Assembly: GCF_006345805.1 (NCBI RefSeq)
Contig: NC_042997.1
Coordinates: forward strand, 3,286,001-3,350,000
Direction of reading: 5' to 3'
Source of the DNA: Octopus sinensis
Taxonomy: Eukaryota
Length of the DNA stretch: 64,000 nucleotides
Numbering within the stretch: the stretch's first letter is position 1; the number at the start of each line of letters is the position of its first letter. The notes under the pieces are model-generated. The model had not been told where the DNA came from. It made no database searches and was given only the letters and a program-made list of their open reading frames with translations. Below are positions 38,101 through 51,019 of the stretch, piece after piece. A program made the position numbers and the translations under genes.

Positions 38101-39179
38101 TCAAACGAGATATTACTCCTTTGCGACTTGACGACCTCAATGATTAACTGACTCGATGTAAAACTGTTCTTTGCATAGATCTCAAATTGTAACCTCCTTT
38201 GTATTCTCATATATTTCATTGGGAGCTTATAAAATAAAATAAAATGTCGGATCACATTTTAAACGATGGCCGTCAATGTCGAGTATTTTGTGTTCAGTCA
38301 ACGGTATAACTTTGCATGTTTATGAGAGTTTAACGATATTTAACATGGGTTTATATCCGCTGTTCCAACAGAACAAAGTTGATGTGTTGGATTACAGATA
38401 CTGTTCTTTCGATCGGGTTTCAATGATTTGAATGTAGCATTGTTTCATTAGGAAGGTCGGGATAAACGTCACTTCTGTATTGGTTGCATAGGTGAATTGT
38501 AATCTGAATTTCATGATCGAAAGGGAAGGTAATTGTATCATACATTACGTGAAACTGATGTGAATGTGCAAATGTTAGGTACCTAAGTTAGGAAGAGATC
38601 CCGAAATGCTAAGTGTAACCATGCGTCGACCAGATATCGAAGATGGGGAGGAAACAAGGTTGTATAAATATCTGAAAACAGCAAATATTCGACCTCTCGA
38701 CTAGCAGCGTCGTAACAGGAAGTGCACAAGATCCACGAGAAGTTGCGGGCTTTGAAGTCTCTGAAGCTGAGGAATTCAGAAAGGGAAGAAGTGATAGATA
38801 AATTATCATCAATGCAAGAGGAAATATGATCAAAGGATTGCTCTCACTTTGCTAGGTTTCCAGAACGACAAAGGCAGAGCGTGTATTTATTGGAAAGACG
38901 TATGGAGAGTAACTTTGAATTTGAGTAACTCTAAATCATTAATCAAGGTGAAAGCGGTAAGAAACAATAAAAGCCGAGAATTGATATGCACAAGCACCGG
39001 CTTCTGGATAAAAATTTGATTATGGATTGTTTTGAACTAAAGAGACGAGTTGTAGATACCAGGCTGAGAAATTTTGTGACACCAGGAGTGTGGTTTGCGA
39101 CTAGGTAAGGTGTAGCATGTGTAATTTAATTTGGGGAGAAGTTCTTGGGAAAAGTTTGAGAAGTGGAACTGCTCTATTA

Positions 39180-39600
39180 CTGCATCAAACCCGTTCTTCC
39201 GTATTTTCTATTTCTCCTCTAATTGTTCTCGGTCGGTCTTTTTCCCATTTTTCCATTTTCCTCTTAACTATTGTTAAATTTTTCCTAGATCTTGCCTTGT
39301 TCACATTATGTTCCTTTCAATGCGTCGTTTCCACCATGGTTGCTTTGCTCCACCATTTTTTTTTTACCACTTAAGTACTAATTTCTCCACAGCAGGTAGC
39401 ATAATAGCTCGGAGAAGATTTCTTGTTTGTGTCATGTCCTCTGTCTGGATGTATAGTTTGATAGTATTTATCAGCTGTGCAACTTCTACTATTATACTCC
39501 TATCTACCCTTCCCAGTTTCGGATGTGCCGGGCGGGAAACCGTCACCATGATCGGCTATAGCTTCATTCTCGCAGTTAATTTTTTCCGTGTTGTGCTGCA
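39180..39600 (-). mobile_element. Dong/R4-type non-LTR retrotransposon, N-terminal fragment
   Basis: HPKLGRVDRSIIVEVAQLINTIKLYIQTEDMTQTRNLL..., KQPWWKRRIE and EQLEEKY. Confidence 0.7.
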
Positions 39601-41307
39601 TCATGATTTTATGAGTCATTCGTGTGTTTCCTGGAGAGTTGTTATTGAGATCCCATCTCTCTCTTCCTCTCTTTATTGGTATATATACGTGCGCATGTAT
39701 GTACATACAAACATATACAAATAACGTACGTGCGTTGTATTGCCTCCATAACCACAGTGATTATCATTAACAACATCTTTATACTTATTGCATTTAAAAA
39801 TATCAATAATATTATGTGTTCCGGTATATTGCAGCAAATCTTCGTCACTATATATCAAATCCTCGGCAACGTTCTCCTTTCACTCCTTATACAATGGTCA
39901 ATACCAGTGGTTCTTAAACTCTTTGAGCCTCCGCTCACCCTCATGGCCACATGATACATTAAGCGCCCCACCCCTTGTTTTATGTATAAATAAATATTTT
40001 ATATATTACTCATTTATATATATTATATATTTTTTGATATTTAATATAATATTATGTAATATGTATACAATACTATAATAATATTAAAAATCCATTACGC
40101 CCCCCAATTCACTGGTAACAAAGGAAATCGTCATTACATATTCTTACTCGATAAAATAGTGCACAAATTTTCAACGCATATTGGAGAAATAAGCAGTGTC
40201 GTGGCGTGCATGTTTTTTTATGGTTTTAATTATAACAGATTGAGAAGGTTTGGGGCTTAACAAAGTGACTTTGTTAGGCATGAATTTAAATCATTGTGTC
40301 ACTTGACCAACCACATAATAATTCTATTTGTCATACATTATACATACAAATATCAAGCACTAGAAGTGTAGAGCATATGGCTAAGTGTGTCAATGAAAGG
40401 CATTTGGGGGTAAGCAGAGAGTATATGGAGATCTCTGTTGAAATATCTTAAAGTTACAATGAATTAATTGAATTTTCACAGAGAAAAAATAAACTTGTTT
40501 TTTAGTTATGTGAGAAAGGTGTTCAAAAGAATTTGGCTGTTGGACAAAGGTTTCCGAAATCTTCTAATGATTCATCATTATTCACCCTTCAGTCGCAGTT
40601 CTTCTCTCTTTGAGGTACAGCAGAAACAGATCTTGTCGCCTCTCTGTTTCGCAAATGAACCTTTAGTGGCAACGTTCAACAAGGTGCTGCACACATGCAC
40701 AGTGATAGTGTTTCGGTAAACGGAGCTTTTCACTTCATAAATGCAAACAATATGTGAAGAAATGTAAATGTAGTTATCTCGCTTTGATACATCACCATAT
40801 TATCCCGTGGGAAGCCAATACGACGTTAGGAATAGTGGAAGCAACATAATAATGCAAAAATTGAAACATAAACAACAAAATATGCAAACATACTCAGAGT
40901 AAGTTTCAGTAGTATGCTACCCAGAAAAGTAATTTCCGTAAGTAATATATGACGTTTAAAATACTATGCAAAACTACATGAAATAGAAATCATGAAACAT
41001 AATGGTCAATAAGTGGCTGCAAGTGCAGGTCTTGATTACTAGTAGGGCAGCAGTGTTAATGGTGCAAGAGTCTCTCACAAAATAAAAGAAATGCATGCAA
41101 CAAAGGAATGTGTTAAAAAGGCAATGTTACGTCTTGTACGAAAGTAAGTTCGCACCAATGGGAAGACAATTTTACTACAAATGTCACAAAGTTCGTGCAT
41201 TAAAAACATTGCTACCGTACTCATAGCAAAAGAAAAGAGTTGAAAGACTAAAGCCATAATAGCATATCACTAAAGCAGCCCATCCAGGTCGGCTTTTAGG
41301 GAAGGGT

Positions 41308-41725
41308 TCAATGAGAAGGATGAGCTAGGTGACGTGAAAGTAACCTCTCAACCTCTTGTTGTATTGTGCTAAGAATAAGCCTGAGATCACCACGCTCCGT
41401 AATTCGTAGCTTACACTGCTGTTTCGTAAGCAGGCGAGTGACCACGCTGAACTTTCTCTCAACCAAATAAGATGTTGGAAAGGCAATAAAACAATTTTAC
41501 TTTCTTCCAAACCTGCGGAGAGCGGTCACGGATAGCATTTTGAAGCCAAAATTCTTGGTAGCACCTGCGGAATTTATGATTCAATACAATTTTGAAGAGT
41601 TATCAGCTCCTCTTCTAACTCTCCACTCTCTACTTCACAGATGTCAATGACGGGATTGACAATCCAATCAGGAACTCAAAGAGCAAATGAATTATGAAAT
41701 TGACGCTCCATATCTTCGTCCAGTT
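41308..41725 (-). mobile_element. hAT (Charlie/Buster-like) transposase C-terminal remnant
   Basis: PDWIVNP...EEELITLQN, YQEFWLQ and IAFPTSYLVERKFSVV...RGDLRL...HPSH*. A candidate terminus cagtggttcttaaac lies at 39905. Confidence 0.8.
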
Positions 41726-42336
41726 CAGTGAGGTTGTATGATGAACGAGGCTAAAGCTGCTGAAGAAAAACACTTTTCACTTTGGCCAATCCCTGATCAA
41801 CTTCTGCATGTTTCACTTGAAGAGGAAAATAAGGGAAGAGAGGGAGGGGTCGTCTTCTTAGCATTTTGCTAAAAGGTAGGTGGAAGTGTTGACAATGGTA
41901 CGTTTTAACGTGTCTGGCCTGAGCATTCGCCTGTATTTGGAGAAAAAGTAAAGAAAAAAAATGAGACCTGCCTCAAGTGTCAGGGAACATATGGTTTTAT
42001 GGGGTTTATCGATTTAGCAGCTCTCAAACGTCTCCTCTCTATTGATGATTATACATTTTAACCCTGTTTACTCGCAAAAGATTAACAAGCACACACACTC
42101 ACGCATACACACACATTCTTTGTTTTGTTTTGTACTGTTTGTTTTTCTAGGTGTCAATCACCATCATCGTCATCATCATCATCATCATCACCACTAACCA
42201 CCACTAACCACCACGACCACGACCACCACCACCACTACCATCATCATGATCATCATGATCATCACCATCGTCATCGTCGTCATCATGATCATGATCATGA
42301 TCATGATCATGATCATCATTATTATTATTCTTATTA

Positions 42337-42740
42337 CATAAAAACACACAACTTATTTTGCAGGGTATGATGGAAAGTGTTAGCGGTTCACAGCCAGCAG
42401 ACTAAGGTTTACAGGAAATGCATCAAGAACTCTGCGAAAAGTTCTCACAGTCCGAACAATTCTGATTTTTGTAGGTGTTGTACCTTCCCACTTGCACCGA
42501 TCTTTCTCACCCAGAATGGTAGCTGACTGCTGATGCTCCAAGAGAACAAGTTACTGTTGGTATCACGTCAACTTTCTTCATTCACCCCAAACTTCGTAAA
42601 TCATAATAGTTGTTTATTTTTTATTCTTCTTACACATTGATCCTGTTGTCACCGGGGCATGCTATGTCGATAATCATACATATTATTTATTTTCTATTCA
42701 CCACAACAATGTCCAGTTTCTTATGTCTTATGTCCTGTAA
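42337..42740 (-). mobile_element. Dong/R4-type 3' fragment (REL endonuclease) with (AAT)n tail
   Basis: KLDIVVVNRK..CMIIDIACPGDNR, KKVDVIP and VQHLQKS; tail at ~42318-42336. Confidence 0.75.
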
Positions 42741-42993
42741 AAAAAGGAGACGGCCTCTTGCCCTGTTGTTCAGAAACCCGTGGCTTTTGTGGGGTTTCCC
42801 CGAGAACATTAAAGCGCCTCAACTATTGGGAGTTTTAATTTGTTCAATGTTTTGCATTGTGTACATGCGAAAACCCAATATTATTTTATGTGAGCCCTTG
42901 TGACTAATAAAATAATAATTTATTATTATTATTATTATTAATATTTTATTATTATCATTATTATTATTATTATTATTATTATTCTTATTATTC

Positions 42994-43033
<40 letters not shown>

Positions 43034-43045
43034 CATTATTATTAT

Positions 43046-44720
43046 AGTATTGGTATAGGTTCTAACGCCGGAGTTGTACTACGGTGTCAGCTGTTCACTA
43101 CCAGTGAACAAAGGTAGCACCCCTTATTTTTCGAGCACCACCCGGAGTATTCGAGTGGTTCCAAGCAGTGCTATTTCCTGAAAGTGCTCCACACTTATTG
43201 AAACAACTATTTTTTCCTTGTACCTCTCAAAATTTGTGCTCACTTTTCCCAGGGCTCCGTCAATTATTGGCACTTCTACCACCTATTTTAGCGACGAAAA
43301 CTGTTTAACATCCCAAGCTAACCTGGTATATCTATCGACTTCTTCCTTATTGCATACATTGTTGTCAGCTAGGCATGATATATCTAGGATCCAGCATTAT
43401 TTGCTTTCTTTCTAATTTAACAGTCTGTCTGTTTTCAACTTCTCAATTTCATGGTCGCACAGAAACATAAAATCCCACATATCTTTGCATTATCATTTCT
43501 GATGATGCCTTCGGGTTTATGTTCGCAAAATTTTATCCTCTGTCAAGTCATATTGTTACAAATTGTCGAATGGACAAGCCTCGCTATGAAGTATTGACGT
43601 CTTTTACATTCTTTCTGGGCCAGTGTTGTGCATTGACTGAAAATATGCCATACCGTTTCACCATTTTGTCCACAAATTCTGCACTCTTTCTGATGTGTTG
43701 TCTATTCTTTATTTGATGTAATAAGTTCTTAATGCTGGCTCTTGGGCAGCAAAGATCAAAGCCTTTATTTCCGTTTTTAAATCACATTTATTAATCCATA
43801 TACCACTTGCTGTATTGTATTGACGTCTCATATTATTTTTGGGCTAGTGGCTTATATTGACTGGTAATATGTCATACGGTTTTACTATTATGTCCACAAA
43901 TTCTGCGCTTATCACTTACTGATGTGTTGTTTATTCTCTAATTGATGTAATTGATTCTTAATTCTTGATCTTGGGCAGCACAGAATAGAGCCTGCTTTTC
44001 AAGTTTTAAATACATTTTGTAATCTATAGCCCTCTTTTTCTCTGTCTTATCTTTAACATCCCTATGCATTTTTTCATGCATTCTTGTCTTTATTCACCTA
44101 TTGTCAGTTTCATTCATTCTCAAGTGTCTCTACAGTGCTTTATCTTTGCAATTTTCTATCCTATCCTCAGAATCTTACTTCCAGTAATTGCGGTTCTGTG
44201 GCATTTTCTATATTCGATACTATGTTGTTTTGGTTTCTTCTAATGTTGTGTTCGCATCCAATTAGTCGTCTGAAACCTCTTTTTTTTTGTAAATTCAACC
44301 TTTTTGGTGTCATTTTTGGGTGGGCTGTCCCATAAGTAGTTAGCAACTTCCTTGTCTTTCTGTCTAAGCTTTAGTTCGTCTATTGTACATGCGATTACAC
44401 CTGCTTCATATCTAAGGGAAGCCGCACCGGTGTTGATAGCTTCAATCTTATTCCTCCTGTTTAATTTCGACTTAAGCATCAGTCCTAGTCTGCGCATATA
44501 CTCCACCTTAAATATTAATACTATTTTTCTAGATGAAATTATCCATTTCCAATATCCCCCAATTATTATAGCCCGCTCTTCTACCTGCTTCATGACCTTC
44601 CCCGAAGGTATCGCTAGCCCATCCATACACTTGATTTTGCCTGTCCTCAAGAACAACGCACCACACTTTTTCAGTTGGAGCTCCATTTTCGGCTTAGCAC
44701 TGAAAGTATACACCCTCAAA
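43046..44720 (-). mobile_element. Dong/R4-type 3' half (RT thumb to REL endonuclease), decayed
   Basis: KCGALFLRTGK, KVEYMRRL..LKSKLNRRNKIEAINT...LRY.AGV, EALIFAAQEPALRT, WDFMFLCDHEIE, WILDISC and IALLGTTRIL. It ends in (AAT)n at 42915-43045. Confidence 0.85.
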
Positions 44721-44774
44721 ATAAGTTAAGATACTTACATATGCTCAGTTTCCAAACACACAAACGATCAGCTT

Positions 44775-45200
44775 AAAACTTCAATATCTACAAATTTTGT
44801 GCACACCTATCCTGTCCTTTCTTCCTGAGTATTCAAAGATGTAAACAGCCTTTTCATTCCAAGAACACTACAGTTTTCTCTGTCCAGACATGCAAAAGAC
44901 TATCTTTAGTAAATTTTAAAACTTTAATATCTACAACTTTCTGTGAAAATTTGACTCTTCTTTTCTTTCTTTTCTTCCTGAGAATTCGAAAATGTAAACA
45001 TACTTTTTATTGCAAAGACACAACAGTGTGTTCTGTTCAGACATACAAACAAATATCTCGAAAAAATTTTAAAACATCAATATCTATAATTTCATTTTTC
45101 TTTTGTCCCTGATAATCCGAATATGTTAACATACCTTTTATTGCTACAACATAATTACAAACACGATGAAAAAAATAAAAACAAAAATTAAGGAGGTAGA
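44775..45200. repeat. Diverged ~150-bp tandem repeat, about 2.7 units
   Basis: aaaac(t/a)t(c/t)aatatcta at 44775, 44918 and 45071, followed by cctga..att..a.atgt.aaca in each unit. Confidence 0.75.
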
Positions 45201-45325
45201 CACCTGCCAATATATAAAATTGCACGTTTACAACAATTCTAAACCACTGCAGTATCTATTTAAAAAAAAACCCTAGAAAAATTCACAAATTCAAAAATTC
45301 AACAATGCGAATATCAGTATATATG

Positions 45326-45414
<89 letters not shown>

Positions 45415-45766
45415 TGTGTATAAATATTTTTCTTTTCTAAAAATAGAACAAGGTGAATTGGTTCTTTTCAAGGTTAAGTTTAGCGGTCGCATTGATTTCT
45501 AGTAGTAGGAAACACATTTACCTTCTGCTAACCCCAAGTATGCAAAGCCTCTTTTGTCTCCTTATCGCACATGAATGTCCATTGCTGACCTCCTCACATT
45601 CTGCCAAATTTATTTAACGACCTGTAGAATTTGGGCTATTCACCAAGGTGCTTTTTTCTCATCCTATTCCCATCAACGCTCACTTATTTATGATTACCTG
45701 AAGTGCAAAACTAGTTGAAACTAATCAACTTTTAATAATAAATATTTAATAATAACAATGATAATA

Positions 45767-45809
<43 letters not shown>

Positions 45810-45951
45810 TAATAAAAATAATAATAATAATAATAATAATACCAACAACAACAACACAACAATAATAATAATAATAATGATAATAATAATAATAATAATT
45901 ATTATTATTATTATTAGTAATATTATTATTGTTGTGTTGTTGTTGTTGTTG

Positions 45952-46002
<51 letters not shown>

Positions 46003-46189
46003 TTTTGCCAGGACTCACGTCGGATCAGTGGAAATACTAACAATAACAAATCGAAGAAAATGAATATAATAATATCAGTGATGATAAAAATATTAATAAT
46101 GAAAGGATGTAGTGGGATTTGCCACATGTCCTGATTGATTATACATCATGTGATGGAGTCACATTAAAATAACTGGTAATTGCGCAACC

Positions 46190-47952
46190 TGATAATTGCT
46201 ACCTCTTATGAGTAACAATCAAAAAACCAAATATTGTGAATAACGACGATAATGAAACTGAAAACGTTGACGGTCACAGTTTTGCACCCGGCCGCCGCAG
46301 AAATACTAGTCCGACACCAGCATATCGTTATCCAGGAAGAGATGAGCAGACATGCCGTAGATGGAACAAATAATTCAATACTGTGGTCTTAGAGTTATAC
46401 AACCTGAACAAACATGTAGATGAAAATAGCGTTCATATTACAGGATACCGACAACATATATATAATCAATGGAGAGAAATAGGATTGTTTCAACTCACGG
46501 AACAGAGATTATGTGATCAAGCTAGAGCAATAAGAAAAAAGCCGTTGGATCACAGAAGCAGAACTTGAAGGCATCAACAGATGGGCATTGAAAAGCAGCA
46601 GCCGCAGAGGTAACGATGGAAATACAGATCTTACTGTTAAAATTTATCCCATAAAATAGATGTGAGATCTCTAAATAAAAAGAAAGAACAGTGATAGACT
46701 GCTCGATAAGAGACATCGATGGTTTGGAAGAGGACAATAAAGCTAATGGTGTCATGGTAGATGGGCAAAGGGCAATCTCCGACAGATAAAGGCAAGGAGA
46801 ACGATAGCGACATTATTTGCAAACTTAAAAAAGTTTGGTCGGTGGAAATTGAACCAAGAAACTAAAATTGTGAAGGAAATTCTGAAATAAATCCGAACAA
46901 AAAACATCAGAGAAGAAATAATTTGATCAGTGTAGCAAGTATCGTCGTAGCAGAAAATGTTGGTGTTGATGACAAGGGAAAGGATATAATGGGTGTGACA
47001 AAGGAAAATATCGATGGTGGAAAAAATGAATGCAGGCGTGGTTAGATAGGCTCTCGAAGGACATTTCTGTGTTAGAACGAAAAAGAAGTTTAAAAGCGAT
47101 CCAAAGTACGGGTCACTAAACAGGATGTATGATATTGAAAATTGGTAATTGAGGACCTGAAATAGCGTCCCGTTGCAAAGAATGCCAAGAACGGTAAGAT
47201 ATGCCTGAAGAATGAAGTGATACCAGCAGAATAGGTTATTCAGTGTATCTCAGAAGAAGTCCTAAAAAGAAATAAATGCATAGAGTACAGATGAAATGTT
47301 GATACCAGATAACATTGAAAGTCAAAGGTGTTACCTTGACATCTGGAGTAGAGACAAGGAGCACAAGAAGGATGCAGAATGGTTGCATGAACTGAAACAA
47401 ATAGTAGTCTGTCCCAAACAGACAGAGCTATTCATTTCAGTTAGGGAAGTGAAGGAACGCAACAAACAAAAAAATAAAATAAAAGAATGGGCAAGTGTAA
47501 GCCCCAGGACCAGATGGATTTCAAGTCTACTAGATTAGAAGATTTGATGAATGTCATGCACGAATAGCTGCATAACTCAACACCTTGTTAAATGTCGACC
47601 AAGTAAATCTAGAGTGGTTAATGATGGCTAGGACAGTGCTGTGCTTGAAAAACATCCAAAAAGGCAATTCGGCACACAATTACAATCCGATATCCTGCTT
47701 ACCATCTATGTGGAAATTATTGACTGAAATATTCGCAGACTGAATGTACGAACATCTGGAAAAAATGGAGTCCTTCTACATGAGTAGAAAAATTGAAAGC
47801 GTAAGTGCAGTGATACCAAGGATCCACTCCTGGTAGACAAAACTGTACTTAGAAAATGTAAGAGGAGAAAACTAACTTAGCTATATCATGGATCGATTAT
47901 CGTAAGGCGTAAATTATGATCTCACATTCTTGGATTATGGAATGTATGAACC
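46190..47952 (+). mobile_element. Dong/R4-type 5' half up to early RT, decayed
   Basis: GYRQHIYNQWREIGLFQLTEQRLCDQARAIRK, AEWLHELK, NYNPISCLPSMWKLLTEI and TKDPLLVDK...AISWIDYRKA...HSWIMEC. It is preceded by a long (AAT)n/(ATT)n tract at 45750-46000. Confidence 0.85.
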
Positions 47953-48132
47953 TAATTTACATTATTTACAATTGACTGATAGTTTGTCCTCATATTGTTT
48001 GTTGTTAACAAAGCATTTCATCAGGTGTCTTGCGAACCTGGGTCTCATTCCTAAGGAAAGTTTCGATGTTGTTGTCGTTGCTGTTGTTGTTGTTGTTGTT
48101 GTTTTGTTGTTGTTGTTGTTGTTCTTCTTCTT

Positions 48133-48163
<31 letters not shown>

Positions 48164-48429
48164 TTATTATTATTATTATTATTAATTTTTTTTTCTTCTT
48201 TCAAATTTTCTTCCATTTCTTGCCGAGTGTCTTCCCGACTCCTAGGGCAAAGAAACTCATAGTGTATATTGGTAGGCCATTAAACCAAACTCAGTAGTTC
48301 GTTCATTTTTTTGTTTTTTTTAAATTTTTTTTTTAAAGTTAACTTAAAATACATGAGCAGCAACAGTTCTCACATCGACAATGCTCTTCTCAATACGTGT
48401 GATGTACCAGTTAAGACAATCTTTTGCAC

Positions 48430-48510
<81 letters not shown>

Positions 48511-48560
48511 GTTGTTGTTATTATTTAGGTCACTGCCTGAAATCAAACACGGAATCGATT
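47953..48560 (-). mobile_element. B-box/(AAT)n/hammerhead element copy 3, interrupted by a Dong fragment
   Basis: Head gtgtttgatttcaggcagtgacctaaataa at 48521-48550. The hammerhead GACAC CUGAUGA AAUGC UUUGUU at 48007-48029 has stem II deleted. The 3' part matches copies 1 and 2. Confidence 0.7.
48184..48430 (-). mobile_element. 5'-truncated Dong/R4-type 3' end inserted in (AAT)n
   Basis: VQKIVLTGTSHVLRRALSM* followed by a short 3' UTR and (AAT)n; trinucleotide tracts lie on both sides. Confidence 0.7.
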
Positions 48561-48710
48561 GATCATATGCTGCCTTAATAAATTTCTGTGGCGTCGATGT
48601 TTGTGTCAGAAAGAACATGTTGAGGGTTCAAAGAAACAAATCTGCTTGAGTCAACTAAAGGAGGGTCACTGAAATTAAAGCAATTCTCACTTTTTGCATA
48701 AATATATATA

Positions 48711-50210
48711 TGATTGGAGTTGAACAGATGTTGTTTGGAATCAGTATGTTTCAACTGGATATCAGTTTCAATGTTGGTGCCTTTTTTATAAGAATGTCTA
48801 GAAATGTAAGTTGGTCTTGAACTATATTCCATTATAAATTGGATATGGTTGTTGACACTGTAGATTAAATTTTTGAAGTCATTGAATTGGTCGAGTGTGT
48901 GAGACCACAGGATAATGCAGTCCAAGTAGCTTTTCCAATTGTCCAACAGGTATTTGTGGAAAGATAGGTCGTATCTTGATTTGGATTGATCATAGATTTG
49001 TAATTCTAGGTAGGCTATCACGAGTTTGATATAAGTTGGGGTAACTTTAGTACTCATTTAAGTTCCTGACTCCTTTTTGTAGGTATTATTATTAAAAGTT
49101 AAGAAGTTGTTTTGGAGGATAAACTTAAGGCCCTCAATGATAAATTACTTTTTAAATTTTTTCCGGGACCTCACTGGGGTATTTTTCTAGCCAGAATGTA
49201 ATGGCTTCTCATCTATATTGGTGTGGGATCGTGGTATAAAGTATTATCATACAAAAAAAGACGATGAAAATGTTTCTATTGTTATTCTTGGGAAGTTGGT
49301 TTAGGAGGTCCTGGTCATATCTTAAAATACTTGGTATGTATTTAAGTATTGGTTGTAAGAGTATATCAATGAAGTTTCTTAATTTGTGTGTTTCACTGTT
49401 TAGGACTGCCAAAATTGGTCTCAGTTTGAGATCAGTGGGACGTGGTACAGTGATGCAGGTTGAGGTGGACTTTTTGCAAGCTTTGGTAATTATTTTGCTC
49501 TTGTGAATTTTCGGAAACCCATAGATGTTGCTGGTTTTGCAATCAAAATTTGTGAGGTTGTCGAATTCCTCAGCCGTTAAGCTATTTCGATGTTGGCCAA
49601 TAAGTGTGTTTACTTTGGAAATTGTTTCTGATTGTTGGTAGTTGACTACTCTTTCATAGTAGGTTGTATCTCGTAAGACGCGAGATACAGAGATTTTGTA
49701 TTGTTCAGTGTCCATATTTACGACAGTACTACCATTATCTACTTCCTTGATTGTGATGTCATAATTGTTTTGTAACTCGTAGATGATTTCCCATTCACTT
49801 TTACTGGTATTGGATTTAGGTTTAGGTTTTGGTAGTTCACTATAAGGGAAGTTTGAAATGTAGTCACAAAATTTGTCCAGAATTTTCTTTCTGCTTTTTG
49901 TAGGATTATAATTGCTTTTATTGCGAACTATTGATTCACCGTTAATATATCCTTTGTCAAAGAATTCCTCTGTGAGGCGTAAATTTCTGCAATATGTTAG
50001 AAATCATCCTGTATTTCACTAAGGTTACAGTATTGTGGAGTTGGAGTGAATTTCAGTCCATTTGAGAGGATTTTGATTTTTTGGGTTCACATGTTTAGGT
50101 TTGAGAGATTTTTGTATTTTCAGTGTTGGTATGTACCATCTGGTGTCGGGGATTTTGTTGCTCTGGCCTTAAAAAAATGATTTCTGGGACTCTTCTGTCT
50201 TCAGTACTTT
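48711..50210 (-). mobile_element. Penelope-like element B: older RT fragment related to element A
   Basis: FGFPKIHKS-like IYGFPKIHKS...LKLRPI, LYTTIP, TKVTPTYIKL and WKSYLD. Colinear with ~53170-54680 at about 75-80% identity by eye. Confidence 0.9.
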
Positions 50211-50271
50211 GGTGTGTACAAGTATTGTCTCATTATCAATATATATATATATATTATATATATATATATAT

Positions 50272-50432
50272 ATTATATAAGAAAAAAGGTTTGAAAATGC
50301 AATTTAAACGATGTTATTTACTTAAACGGTTTCACTCTTTGGTAAAAGATTGTCAAAAGTTACATTTAAGGAAACATTGAATAATATGGGTTCAAAAAAA
50401 GTTTTTTACATAATTGTCACATTGAGTATTAT
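50272..50432 (-). repeat. 3' pseudo-LTR of Penelope A
   Basis: Three differences (one substitution, two 1-bp indels) from 56025-56185. Confidence 0.9.
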
Positions 50433-50600
50433 GCATTCAAAAAGGTTTTTACATAATTGTCACATTGAGTATTATGCATTCAAAAAGGTTTTTACATAAT
50501 TGTCACATTGAGTATTATGCATTCAAAAAGGTTTTTACATAATTGTCACATTGGATATTATGAATTCAAAAATGTTTTTTTATACATAATTGTCACATTA
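50391..50600. repeat. 43-bp minisatellite, about 5 units
   Basis: ttcaaaaaggtttttacataattgtcacattgagtattatgca at 50391, 50436, 50479, 50522 and 50565. Confidence 0.95.
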
Positions 50601-51019
50601 CATGTATAGATATGGTGTTTGGTAACAGAGAAGTTCATAGTGTGATGAGAATGTTTGGGAAAATGGCAGAAAAGGATAAAAACAATATATTATTGAGAAT
50701 TGGTTGCGTTAATTATTGGTTGTCGCAAATTGTCACATTACATGTATATATATACAATCTTCGGTATATATATACAGCCTTTTGACAGCAAAAATTAGAA
50801 TGGCTTTTTTATACATCTCAGAATATTTTAAGTACAAGGCGAGAATATGTTTTTACTGACCTGTTGGGATTAGCAGAAAGGCTGAACTGAGAGAACAGAG
50901 GAAGTAGCCAATGTGGTGTATACTTCCCCTTTATGCATGAATGATTTTGGGGTTATCAGGAGGTTAGTATGCGGGTGTGAATAGATGTGTTCGTGCCCGC
51001 TGGTCAGATAGCGTCTGTT

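Noticed and set aside
38260-39170. Moderately GC-rich stretch as a LINE endonuclease remnant or exon
   Set aside because: No ordered conserved motifs could be recovered by eye in any frame.
39905-40112. Complete hAT element with paired TIRs
   Set aside because: Only one terminus-like motif (cagtggttcttaaac) was found; no convincing partner beyond the transposase remnant.
50391-50600. Regular 43-bp repeats as a CRISPR array
   Set aside because: Head-to-tail units with no unique spacers, in a eukaryotic context.
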